A DNA stretch of 64,000 nucleotides, taken from NCBI GenBank assembly GCA_036769985.1, contig DAIPKA010000011.1, forward strand, positions 44,818-108,817, read 5' to 3'. Every line of letters starts with the position of its first letter. The first letter of the stretch is position 1. The position numbers were made by a program, and so were the translations under genes. The notes under the pieces were generated by a model. It was not told the origin of the DNA. It did not search any database and saw nothing but the letters and a program-made list of their open reading frames with translations. The stretch is from Candidatus Hydrogenedentota bacterium (GTDB lineage Bacteria > Hydrogenedentota > Hydrogenedentia > Hydrogenedentales > SLHB01). This document shows, one piece after another, positions 17,625 to 26,503 of the stretch.

Positions 17625-19073
17625 GTGCACAGACTCTCCTGTGGGCTGGACTTCGGCACGACGAACTCGAGCGTAGCGCTTTCCGACGGTGACGCGACTC
17701 GGGTTCTCGAACTCGATCCAGTCAATGATACGCCGACCTCATTGCCCTCGTTGCTGTACATTACGCGCAAGGGCGAAACCATCGTTGGGCGCGCGGCCGC
17801 CAATGCCTTCATCGAGCGGAACATCGACCGCGAGATTATCCTGCGCCAGGTCGACCTCGGTATCAATATCCAGGGCTATGTGGCTTCCGAGCCAGACAAG
17901 AGCGAGTCGTACCGCCCGCCGGATCCCGACCAGGACACGCCGACCGAAGCAGTGCGCGCCCGCGCCATGGTGGAGGTCAACTCGCCCGGCCGTCTGTTCC
18001 AATCGCTGAAAAGCATGTTGCGGCTGCGGTCCTTCCGGAGCACCGAGGTATTCGGCGAGCAGTATCAGATCGAGCAGCTCACCGCGATGATCCTCCGGCC
18101 CATCAAGGAAGCCGTGGATCGCGTTGCCGGCCAACCGGTAAACTCGGCCGTTTTCGGTCGGCCGGTATGTTTCTCGACCGATCCGGGCGAGGATATTGCC
18201 GCGGAGCAACGGCTCCTGGTGGCGGCCCAATTGGCCGGTTTCGAGGAGGTAGGCTTCTTCTACGAGCCGGTGGCGGCCTGTGTCGAGTACGCCATCGCGA
18301 CGGATCGCAAGCAGCGGCTCATGGTCGTCGATATCGGGGGCGGAACATGCGACGTGTGTGTGATGGAATTTGGGGGCGCACACGGCATTGCCGAGCGGCT
18401 TGCGGAGAGCCGCATCCTCGGTGTGGCCGGTTTGCCGGTGGCCGGCGATGCCATCGACCGCGAGATCATCCGCGAGAAGCTGTTTCCGAGGTTCGGTAGT
18501 TGCGCGCGTTACGGCCCGTCGAACCTGCCGATGCCGCAGTATCTCTACAATCAGATTCTCGATTGGCAGAACCTGTACCGACTGAATACCGAGGAGACGA
18601 TCAACTGGTTGATCGCGGCCGAAGTCAGCTCGGATCAGCCGGAGACCATGCGCGCGCTGCGCTGCCTGATCCAGCGCAACTACGGGTATCCCGTGGCGCG
18701 GGAGGTCGAGGCCGCCAAGAAACGCCTTTCCTACGGCCTCGAGACGGATATCGACATCTACAAAGAAGCCATCCAGATCCATGAGCACCTCGAGCGCGCG
18801 GAGTTCGCCCATATCATCGAGCACACTATCGACAAAATGGCAACCACCATTGAAGAGGCCCTGTCCGCCGCGCAACTCAGTTCCGACGATATCGACTATG
18901 TGCTCACCACCGGTGGAACGAGTCTTGTTCCCGCCATTCTGGATATGATCGGCGGGCGTTTCGGTCTGGACCGGGTGATCCAGCGTGACACCTTCACAAG
19001 CGTTGCGGCCGGGCTGGCGATCGTGGCGCAGTACGCGCAGAAGAACGGGGCCGTGCTCAAGAACGGCCGTTGA
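17625..19073 (+). CDS. Hsp70-family ATPase, nucleotide-binding domain only (YegD-like), no substrate-binding domain
   Basis: Actin/Hsp70 phosphate-1 motif: LDFGTTNS. Phosphate-2: VVDIGGGTCDV. Adenosine motif: LTTGGTSLVPAIL. At 482 aa it is too short to include an SBD. Confidence 0.7.
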   Translation: MHRLSCGLDFGTTNSSVALSDGDATRVLELDPVNDTPTSLPSLLYITRKGETIVGRAAANAFIERNIDREIILRQVDLGINIQGYVASEPDKSESYRPPDPDQDTPTEAVRARAMVEVNSPGRLFQSLKSMLRLRSFRSTEVFGEQYQIEQLTAMILRPIKEAVDRVAGQPVNSAVFGRPVCFSTDPGEDIAAEQRLLVAAQLAGFEEVGFFYEPVAACVEYAIATDRKQRLMVVDIGGGTCDVCVMEFGGAHGIAERLAESRILGVAGLPVAGDAIDREIIREKLFPRFGSCARYGPSNLPMPQYLYNQILDWQNLYRLNTEETINWLIAAEVSSDQPETMRALRCLIQRNYGYPVAREVEAAKKRLSYGLETDIDIYKEAIQIHEHLERAEFAHIIEHTIDKMATTIEEALSAAQLSSDDIDYVLTTGGTSLVPAILDMIGGRFGLDRVIQRDTFTSVAAGLAIVAQYAQKNGAVLKNGR

Positions 19074-19092
19074 ACCGGTTGAGGCACGCGCT

Positions 19093-20145
19093 ATGGCCAA
19101 GGGCTCGAACTACACGTCCGAACGAGCGTTCTTCACGGATTCGGTCTCCGGACTCCGCGTGACGCGCCTGTCTCACTATGCCTGCATCTCGACCAACCTC
19201 TACTTCGAGATGACCTCATTCACGGAAGACGATGCCCATGTCGTCTTCATCTCCCAACGCGGCGCCGGACGCGACGCGCCGTGGGACCTGTTTCGCGTTC
19301 AGACCGATGGGATGGCGCTCGTGCAGATGACCGAACGCGACGACCTCCGGGGCATCGTGGTCTGCCCGGCGATCGGCAAGGTCCTCTTCCAGTCGGAAGG
19401 CGCATTGTTCGGGATGGACATGCTTTCGCTCGAAGAGGAATCCATCGCGGAGATTCCTGGCGTGGTTTGCCGCACCCACGGATATTCGCTGGCCACCATC
19501 GACCGTGCCGGAACAACCTATTTCGGGAATTGCCTCGACCCTAAGGGCGGCGAAGTCATCTTCAAGGTCGACACGGCCTCGGGCGGTGTCGACCCGCTGC
19601 TTCACGCGGAGGCCGTGAACCATCTGCACGTCGATCCCGAGTGTAAGACATTGCATTTCAACATGTTGAACGGCTACGAGGGCCGGGCGTACCTCATGGA
19701 TACGGACGGCGGCCGGGTGCGGCAATCCGGTTTCGAGCGGTTTGCCCATCACACATGGTTCGGCACGACCGGCAAGATGCAGGGCACGCTCCTGCCGCCG
19801 GGAAAAGCCCTCGCCATCCGAGGCGAACGCGATCCGGAACCGGAGATCCTCGTCGAAGGGCGCTACTACTGGCACTCGTCGTGCAGCGCCGACGCCGAAT
19901 GGATCGTCAGCGACACGAACTGGCCTCAGGAAGGGCTGTTCTTACTCCACGTGCCGACCGGCCGCGTGACCTACGTGTGCGATCCGCGGTCGTCGTGTTG
20001 CCATCCTCAGTGGACGCATCCCCACCCGTCGCTGTCGCCCGGCTTGCGGTACGTCTCATTCAACTCGGATCTCACCGGCGTCGGGCAAGTCTACCTGGTC
20101 GAGCTCACCGACGAATTCCTCGCGGCGGCGCGTCAGCCGCGCTGA
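19093..20145 (+). CDS. oligogalacturonide lyase family protein (PL22, Ogl-like)
   Basis: The N-terminus MAKGSNYTSERAFFTDSVSGLRVTRLSH and the C-terminal THPHPSLSPGLRYVSFNSDLTGVGQVYLVEL resemble the enterobacterial Ogl N-terminus (MAKGKQIPLTFETF...VEVTRLT) and C-terminus (THPHPSFTPD...LYLAKV). The ORF-track start at 18985 overlaps the upstream gene, so the ATG at 19093 is preferred. Confidence 0.6.
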   Translation: MAKGSNYTSERAFFTDSVSGLRVTRLSHYACISTNLYFEMTSFTEDDAHVVFISQRGAGRDAPWDLFRVQTDGMALVQMTERDDLRGIVVCPAIGKVLFQSEGALFGMDMLSLEEESIAEIPGVVCRTHGYSLATIDRAGTTYFGNCLDPKGGEVIFKVDTASGGVDPLLHAEAVNHLHVDPECKTLHFNMLNGYEGRAYLMDTDGGRVRQSGFERFAHHTWFGTTGKMQGTLLPPGKALAIRGERDPEPEILVEGRYYWHSSCSADAEWIVSDTNWPQEGLFLLHVPTGRVTYVCDPRSSCCHPQWTHPHPSLSPGLRYVSFNSDLTGVGQVYLVELTDEFLAAARQPR

Positions 20146-20155
20146 CCCGCGTTCC

Positions 20156-21763
20156 CTATCCCAACTCCGGGCCGGCGCTGGCGAAGATCCGGCCCACATC
20201 GCCCGAGCCGGCATCTCCCCCCTTGAACATCCGCATGAACGGCCGCTGCGGCGACAGGCCCAGCGACCGAAGCCATTCGATCCAGGCCCCGGCTCGCGCG
20301 GGCGCGTCGATACCAGCGGTCCGCCCCTCGAGTGCCGCGAAGAGCCGCGAGGCCAGCGCGCGAGCCGTGACGCCATCGCGAGCGATGATCGGCCCGGCCA
20401 ACTCGAAGTGGTGACCGTGGCGGCCCAGGGCATAGCCGGCGACGTCGCCGGACGCGGCCTCGGCCACGAACGCGTACTCGGGGGCCATGCAGAACAACGC
20501 GTCGATGAGTTCGCGACGCGGCGCGCCGAACGCTTCCTCGTCGGTGGCCGCCACCGCCTCGATATCGGCTTCCGTCATGGCGCGGACACGATCCCCCTGC
20601 GGTAGTGTGATCACGGGCATGCACGGCGTGGTCATCCGGACGAGGGGGAACTCGGGCCGGAAGCCCACCTGCTCGTAAACCTTTTGCCCGGCAGGGGTTG
20701 CGTCTAGCTTGACGACGCGGCATCCCGCACAGGCCGCCTCGGCCTGGGCCAGCAGCCTACCCGCGATGCCGCGCCGACGGTGGGCCGGATCGACGATCAG
20801 CATAGCCACCCAACCGACTTCCGTCCCGTACGTGAGCGTGGCCACCGTGCCCACGACCTTTCCCTGTTCCTGGGCGACGAAGCAGCCCCCGTGGTTGACC
20901 GCATAGAACAACCGCCAGTCCTCGATCCGCTGGTTCCAGTCGACCGCCCGCGAGAGCCGTTCGCCGGCGACGAGGTCGCGTTCGGTCATCGGCCGGAGAA
21001 TCGCGGGAGGCTGGGCCGCATACGTGGCATTCTTGTCGAACCACTCGATGCGCTCGCGCGCAGCGGCGGCCAGGTTCTCGCGAATGGAAGCCGTGATAGC
21101 GTGGCCGGCCTCGGCCGAGGCGCCGCGCGGATCGCCCCAGACGCCGTTCGGCCGGAGGTGGCCGAGGCCGAGGTGGTTGAGATCGTTCTGTCGGGCGGAC
21201 TCGATGGCCACTTCAGGAATGACCGCCCCGCAGTCGCCCACGAACTGAGGAAACTGAGCGAGCATGATCGACGTTTCCCAGGCGCCGGCGTGGACTTCGC
21301 CGACACGCAACCGCTGGCCTTCCTCGGATCGGTCGTATTCCCAGTAGTTCAGCAAGACGATCCGGAGCGGTCGCTCGGCCCGGTTGATGTCGCGCACGAC
21401 CGTCGGCAACGCGTAGTTGCCGCCATGGCCGTTCAAGACGATGAGGCGCGTGAAATGCTGGCGTTCGAGTTCGTCGGCGATGTCGCGGAAGATGGCCATG
21501 AAGGTTTCGGGCCGGAACGAGACGCCGCCTCGGAATCCTTCGTGTTCGTAGCTCTGGCCGATGGGCAACGCCGGCAACAGCGCCACGTCGAGATCCTCGG
21601 CGAGTAGCCGGGCGAAGAACTCGGCTTTGAGCGTGTCCGTGGCCAGCGGGAGATGCGGCCCGTGCTGTTCGAAAGAACCGACCGGTAACACGGCCACCGG
21701 ATTCGCCAGCCGCTGCCAAGCCAAGGAGGGTGCGCAACCGTCCACATACGATGATTCGTTCAC
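20156..21763 (-). CDS. creatininase-family amidohydrolase fused to tandem GNAT acetyltransferase domains
   Basis: The N-terminal ~240 aa have creatininase/ArfB/MftE family signatures (LPVGSFEQHGPHLPLATD, VLNGHGGN, AGAWETS). The middle has a GNAT fold with a CoA-binding motif (RRRGIAGRLL). The C-terminus is a second, degenerate GNAT-like domain. Confidence 0.6.
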   Translation of the reverse strand: MNESSYVDGCAPSLAWQRLANPVAVLPVGSFEQHGPHLPLATDTLKAEFFARLLAEDLDVALLPALPIGQSYEHEGFRGGVSFRPETFMAIFRDIADELERQHFTRLIVLNGHGGNYALPTVVRDINRAERPLRIVLLNYWEYDRSEEGQRLRVGEVHAGAWETSIMLAQFPQFVGDCGAVIPEVAIESARQNDLNHLGLGHLRPNGVWGDPRGASAEAGHAITASIRENLAAAARERIEWFDKNATYAAQPPAILRPMTERDLVAGERLSRAVDWNQRIEDWRLFYAVNHGGCFVAQEQGKVVGTVATLTYGTEVGWVAMLIVDPAHRRRGIAGRLLAQAEAACAGCRVVKLDATPAGQKVYEQVGFRPEFPLVRMTTPCMPVITLPQGDRVRAMTEADIEAVAATDEEAFGAPRRELIDALFCMAPEYAFVAEAASGDVAGYALGRHGHHFELAGPIIARDGVTARALASRLFAALEGRTAGIDAPARAGAWIEWLRSLGLSPQRPFMRMFKGGDAGSGDVGRIFASAGPELG

Positions 21764-21903
21764 GGGCCACGCTCCTTTCCTGTGTGCTGCGAGTCATTGT
21801 AGCAAGGCGCGCCGAGCCGGGCGAAACCGATGGCCGCTTATGCTACACTCGTCAGCGCCCCGGCGAGGGCCGGTGGGCGGATGGCCATTTCGGAGCGAAC
21901 GGT

Positions 21904-22941
21904 ATGAAAGCGGCGATTGTCGAGCGTCCCGGTGAGCTGGTGGTTCGAGACGTTCCGGTGCCCGAGGTGGGCGAGTACGGCGTGCTGTGCCGGCTTCTCT
22001 ATGGTGCGACGTGCACCGGTACGGATCGACACATCATTGCCGGCGAAATGCACTTTCCCATTCCGTATCCCTGCGTGCTCGGCCACGAGAGCGTCGGCGT
22101 GGCCGTCGAGGTCGGCCCGCGCGTCCGCCACTTCCGGCCGGGCGATCTCATCACGCGCGTCGGCGCGCCGCCTGACGCCGACGGCCGCTATGGCATCGCC
22201 TGGGGCGGCTACGCGGAGTACGGCCTCGCACAGGACCACCGTGCCATGCGCGAAGACGGACTGCCGCCCGAGCGCTGGCACGGCTCTCGCGTGAACCAGC
22301 GCGTGCCGGACGGCATCGCGCCGGCCACGGCGACCATGATCATCACGTGGCGCGAGACCTTCAGCTACATCACGCGCCTCGGCGTCGGCGCCGGACATGC
22401 CGTCCTCGTGATTGGATCGGGCGGCAACGCCCTCGCCTTTGCCGCGCACGCGCACAATCTCGGCGCCGGGCCAGTGGTCATGGCAGGCCAGCCGGGCCGC
22501 GAGCCCAACGCCAAGGCCGTCGGCGCAGACGCGTTGTTCGATTATCGAGACGCCGATCCCGCCGGAGGCATCGCCGAGGCCTATCCCGACGGATTCGATT
22601 ACCTCATTGACGCCGTGGGCAAACGCGGCCAAGTGGATCGTGTGTTGCCGACGCTCAAGCCGGGCGGCGCCATCGGTATTTACGGCGTAGACGACTTCCA
22701 TCATGTCGCCATCAATCCGCGTCGTGCCAGGGGCTCCTTCACATTCATCGAGAAGGGATATGACGAGGAAGAGGCCCATGCGCGTGTCGTCGGTTTCGTT
22801 CAGGCCGGGGTGCTGGAAGCATCCGCCTGGTTCGACTCGAAGCGCGCCTATCCCCTCGAGGCCATTAAGGAGGCATTCGATGCGCTGGCGCGGCGCGAAA
22901 CGGTGAAGGCCCTCATTCGCTTGTCGTCCGGCCTCGACTGA
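21904..22941 (+). CDS. zinc-dependent alcohol dehydrogenase / MDR superfamily (threonine-dehydrogenase-like)
   Basis: MKAAIVERPGELVVRDVPVPE, a catalytic zinc ligand region GHESVGVAVEVG, and a Rossmann motif VLVIGSGGNALAFAAHA. The ORF-track start at 21730 overlaps the upstream gene, so the ATG at 21904 is preferred. Confidence 0.75.
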   Translation: MKAAIVERPGELVVRDVPVPEVGEYGVLCRLLYGATCTGTDRHIIAGEMHFPIPYPCVLGHESVGVAVEVGPRVRHFRPGDLITRVGAPPDADGRYGIAWGGYAEYGLAQDHRAMREDGLPPERWHGSRVNQRVPDGIAPATATMIITWRETFSYITRLGVGAGHAVLVIGSGGNALAFAAHAHNLGAGPVVMAGQPGREPNAKAVGADALFDYRDADPAGGIAEAYPDGFDYLIDAVGKRGQVDRVLPTLKPGGAIGIYGVDDFHHVAINPRRARGSFTFIEKGYDEEEAHARVVGFVQAGVLEASAWFDSKRAYPLEAIKEAFDALARRETVKALIRLSSGLD

Positions 22942-22953
22942 TGGCCGGGCCGA

Positions 22954-25900
22954 TCAACGCTCCGGATCTTGATGATCGACACGGTCGAGGGCTCGGTGGA
23001 TCAAGTGGCCGAGTTCGCTGACGCTGAACGGCTTGGTGATGTGCTCGCGAACGCCCATGGCCTTGGCCTGTTCCATCGGCAACAACTCGGCGAAACCGGT
23101 GGCAACGATGACGGGCATGTTGGGCCGCAGCATCAGGGCGTGCCGAGCCAGTTCCGCGCCCGTAACTTTCGGCATCAGGTGATCGGTGAGCAACAGATCG
23201 AACTGATACGGCGTAGCCTGAAGCGCCTCGAGGGCCTTCTCGGAATCCGCAAACGCCCGCACATCATAGCCAAGGTTGCGCAGCATCATCTCGCCCAGAT
23301 CGACGATGTCCGGTTCATCGTCAACGAGCAGCACGCGCTCGCCGTGGCCGGACGGCGGCGGGCCCACGTCCTCGATGGCGTCCGCATCGGCGCCGGCGTA
23401 TTGCGGCAGATAGACGCGAAACGTGGTGCCTTCGCCCGGAACGCTTGATACGGTGATGTCGCCGTTCAAGCCCGTCACGATTCCGTGCACCGTCGACAGG
23501 CCCAATCCCGTGCCTTGGCCCACCGGCTTGGTGGTGAAGAACGGATCGAAGACCCGTTCCTGCGTGGCGGCGTCCATGCCGCATCCCGTATCCCTCACAA
23601 CGAACTCGACGTAGTCCCCTTCGTGAAGCCGAGGATGGGCTGAGGCAAAGGCCGCATCGACCCGGAAAGGATTGAGTCGAACCTCGATTGTTCCGCCGGA
23701 ATGCAGCATCGATTGGTAGGCGTTCGTGCATAGGTTCATAACGACTTGGTGAATCTGCGTGGGATCGGCGAACACATGGCAGGAATCGCGCTCGATGGCA
23801 CGCATAATTCGGATGGTGGAGGGCATGGTCGAGCGGAGCATCTGCAGCGCCTCGCGCACGATGAGGTCCATCCGAATGGGTTTCCTCTCGGAATCGCCCT
23901 GACGACTGAACGTGAGGATCTGCTTGACGAGGTCCTGGGCGCGCCGCCCGGCCCGGAGAAACCGGCCAAAGTGGTCATGGGCAAAGGTGCCGGGCTGCAA
24001 ATCGTTCTGGGCCATGTCGGTGTAGGCGAAAATCACTGCCAAGATGTTGTTGAGATCGTGCGCGATACCGCCGGCCAAGGTGCCAATGGCCTCCATTTTC
24101 TGCGCCTGCTGCAGCCGGCGTTCGAGATGGATTTCATTGGTAACGTCGCGTTTGACGGCCACGTAGTGCGTGATCGCGCCACCGGCATCACGCACGCCGG
24201 ACACGGTGGTGTCTTCCTCGAAGAGGTGGCCGTCCTTATGACGGTTGATGAAACGGCCGTGCCACACGTCGCCGCGGCGGATCGTGGCGTAGAAATCCTC
24301 GAAGAAGGCCTCGTCATGCTCACCGCTCTCGAGAAAGTACGGTTTGCGGCCGAGGGCCTCGCCTATGGCGTAGCCGGACACGCGGGCGAATGCAGGATTG
24401 ACATAGAGGATGGTCTCGTCAAGGTCGGTGATCATGACGGTTTCCTCGGCCTGCTCGATGGCCGCTGCCAATAAGCGACGCTGCTCTTGAGAACGCTCGC
24501 GCTCGACGGCGGCCCCCAAGGTGTTGGCTGCCGCTTGCAGTGCCTCGATCTCGGCTACCGACCACTCGCGCTCGGCAACGCAGTCGTCGTAGCCCATGAA
24601 ACCCCACCAGGTGTCGCCGGCGAATATCGGCACCATGGCAATAGACTTGATTCCGCGACTCGACAGCACTTCGCGATCCGCGCCGGCAAAGTCTCGCACT
24701 GCGCCATACAGCGGCCGGCCCTCGGCCAAGGTTGACAAGGCACTGTGTTCCCACGGCACATTCTGGTGTACAAGCTCCTCTGGCGCCACAGTCGTATCCG
24801 CCCAGACATTCCACTCGATCCGAAGGCTGATGAGAGAGGTGCCGTCGGGCGCGTTATGCCTCTCGAAAATGCAGACGCGGCTCACCTTGGCCGCCGCACC
24901 CAACCGGGCCAAGACCTCGGCCATCTGATCGCGCCACGAAGCCGTGCGCAGGTAGCGTTCGGCGGCGAAGCTCACCGCACTCAAGATAGCCTCACGCCGT
25001 TGCAGCACCTGTTCGGCGCACTTGCGCTCGGTGATATCGCGTATCAGGCCTTGGATTAGCCCCGAACCCAGGCCGGCGGCCCGAGCGCTGATCTCAACAT
25101 CCACGAGGCTCCCGTCGCCGCGCCGAAGCACGGACTCGAACCGGCAGTGGCCCTGTTGCACGAGTTCGGTGAAATGCGCGCGCTGATCGGCCCGATAGGC
25201 TTCCGGATGCCACTCAATCACGTACGTGTCCAGAATCGCCGCGCGCGGCACAGCCACCATCTCGACCATCCGGGCATTCACATCGCGGATCCGGCCGCCG
25301 TAATCGCACACCACGATGGCGTCGTTCGAAGACTCGAACAGCGTCCGGAAGCGACGTTCGCTGCTCTGCACTTGGGCTTCGGCCCGCTTGCGCTCGGCCA
25401 ACGCCGCGGAGAACGTGAGGGAGGTCACGGCAATGAGCGCCTGGTACACTTGCAGGAGCACCAGCGAAGTGGCGGGAGACCCGATCACAAACGGCCCGAT
25501 GCCGCGCACGGTGTAGTAACCGGCAATAGCCGCGACGAAGGCGGTAGTCGAGACCGCGCCGCGGTGGCCAAACCGGAACGCGGCGTACCCGACCAGCGGG
25601 AATCCCAGGTATTCGAGGCGATACGTAAGCCCGGCCGGCAGTAGCTCGGGCGCCCGGAACGTGAACCAGCTCACGCCCACGGCCGCCCCAAAGACCACCG
25701 TCCATTCCACGGCCCGCCTGAACGTCCAGGAGATTCGCCACTGGGCCACCCAGATCAAGACGAAGGGCGCACTGAGCAGCACTTGCAGCGCGTTACCCGT
25801 CCACCAACTCAGCCAGAGCTGACGCCAGTCCGGGCGGAACGCTTCGTCCAGCACAGCAAGCACGCCCACGCCGGCCATAGCGCCCAAAACCGTTGGGAAG

Positions 25901-26397
25901 AGGGCCGCGTACGCGACGTACTTGAACACATTCTTCGCGGTCTGGAACAGACGGCCCGGGCCGATGAGTCGACGGACCAGATACACGCCCAGCACCGCCT
26001 CGAGGGTGTTCCCCACCGCGATGGCGCCGGACGCTACAATCGTCGCCCCCAGCCCGAAACCGCGATCGAGGAACGCCATGATCCCCGCCAGGAACATGCC
26101 GATCATGATGCCCGGACTGACTCGGTAGCCTCGCAGCAGTACGCCCGCAAAGGCCACACCGGCAGCGCACCACACGGGCGGTGTGCCCTCGTTTCCGATG
26201 CTCACCACAAGACCCAGCCGCGCGGCGGAAAAGTAGAGTGAGGCGAAGATCGCAATCTCAAGGACGTTCCGCGCCCGCGAGACCTTCCGCCACGGCATGC
26301 CGCTGCCATCGGCAGTCTCTAGAAGCTCGAACGGTTCGTCGAACGGTCTCGATACCGTCGAGGACCCCTCTGTTTTGCCGCCTTCCTCCGACATCAC
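22954..26397 (-). CDS. hybrid sensor histidine kinase: polytopic membrane sensor domain, PAS/GAF/PAS, HisKA, HATPase_c, C-terminal receiver
   Basis: It is 1147 aa. The N-terminal ~300 aa carry multiple TM helices. PAS-like segments are present (ERRFRTLFESSNDAIVVCD and EETVMITDLDETILYVNPAFARVSGY). The H-box is GIAHDLNNIL, the G-boxes are GCGMDAATQERVFDPFFTTK...GTGLGLS, and the receiver is RVLLVDDEPDIV...LLLTDHLMP. Confidence 0.85.
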   Translation of the reverse strand: MMSEEGGKTEGSSTVSRPFDEPFELLETADGSGMPWRKVSRARNVLEIAIFASLYFSAARLGLVVSIGNEGTPPVWCAAGVAFAGVLLRGYRVSPGIMIGMFLAGIMAFLDRGFGLGATIVASGAIAVGNTLEAVLGVYLVRRLIGPGRLFQTAKNVFKYVAYAALFPTVLGAMAGVGVLAVLDEAFRPDWRQLWLSWWTGNALQVLLSAPFVLIWVAQWRISWTFRRAVEWTVVFGAAVGVSWFTFRAPELLPAGLTYRLEYLGFPLVGYAAFRFGHRGAVSTTAFVAAIAGYYTVRGIGPFVIGSPATSLVLLQVYQALIAVTSLTFSAALAERKRAEAQVQSSERRFRTLFESSNDAIVVCDYGGRIRDVNARMVEMVAVPRAAILDTYVIEWHPEAYRADQRAHFTELVQQGHCRFESVLRRGDGSLVDVEISARAAGLGSGLIQGLIRDITERKCAEQVLQRREAILSAVSFAAERYLRTASWRDQMAEVLARLGAAAKVSRVCIFERHNAPDGTSLISLRIEWNVWADTTVAPEELVHQNVPWEHSALSTLAEGRPLYGAVRDFAGADREVLSSRGIKSIAMVPIFAGDTWWGFMGYDDCVAEREWSVAEIEALQAAANTLGAAVERERSQEQRRLLAAAIEQAEETVMITDLDETILYVNPAFARVSGYAIGEALGRKPYFLESGEHDEAFFEDFYATIRRGDVWHGRFINRHKDGHLFEEDTTVSGVRDAGGAITHYVAVKRDVTNEIHLERRLQQAQKMEAIGTLAGGIAHDLNNILAVIFAYTDMAQNDLQPGTFAHDHFGRFLRAGRRAQDLVKQILTFSRQGDSERKPIRMDLIVREALQMLRSTMPSTIRIMRAIERDSCHVFADPTQIHQVVMNLCTNAYQSMLHSGGTIEVRLNPFRVDAAFASAHPRLHEGDYVEFVVRDTGCGMDAATQERVFDPFFTTKPVGQGTGLGLSTVHGIVTGLNGDITVSSVPGEGTTFRVYLPQYAGADADAIEDVGPPPSGHGERVLLVDDEPDIVDLGEMMLRNLGYDVRAFADSEKALEALQATPYQFDLLLTDHLMPKVTGAELARHALMLRPNMPVIVATGFAELLPMEQAKAMGVREHITKPFSVSELGHLIHRALDRVDHQDPER

Positions 26398-26503
26398 CTG
26401 GTTTGCACACCTCGCGTTTCCCAGAATCCCCGCCCGGAACGCAGCATCATTCTACCGCATTACCCCGAGACAATCCCACACCGCACCGTCGAGCCGAGAT
26501 ACG

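Noticed and set aside
17739-19100. A 453-aa minus-strand ORF opposite the Hsp70-like gene
   Set aside because: This is a shadow ORF. The plus-strand frame carries the Hsp70 phosphate-1, phosphate-2 and adenosine motifs.
22954-26397. The possibility that the 1147-aa kinase is two genes (sensor plus kinase)
   Set aside because: There is a single uninterrupted frame with a logical domain order: membrane sensor, PAS/GAF, HisKA, HATPase, REC. There is no internal stop or plausible internal RBS.
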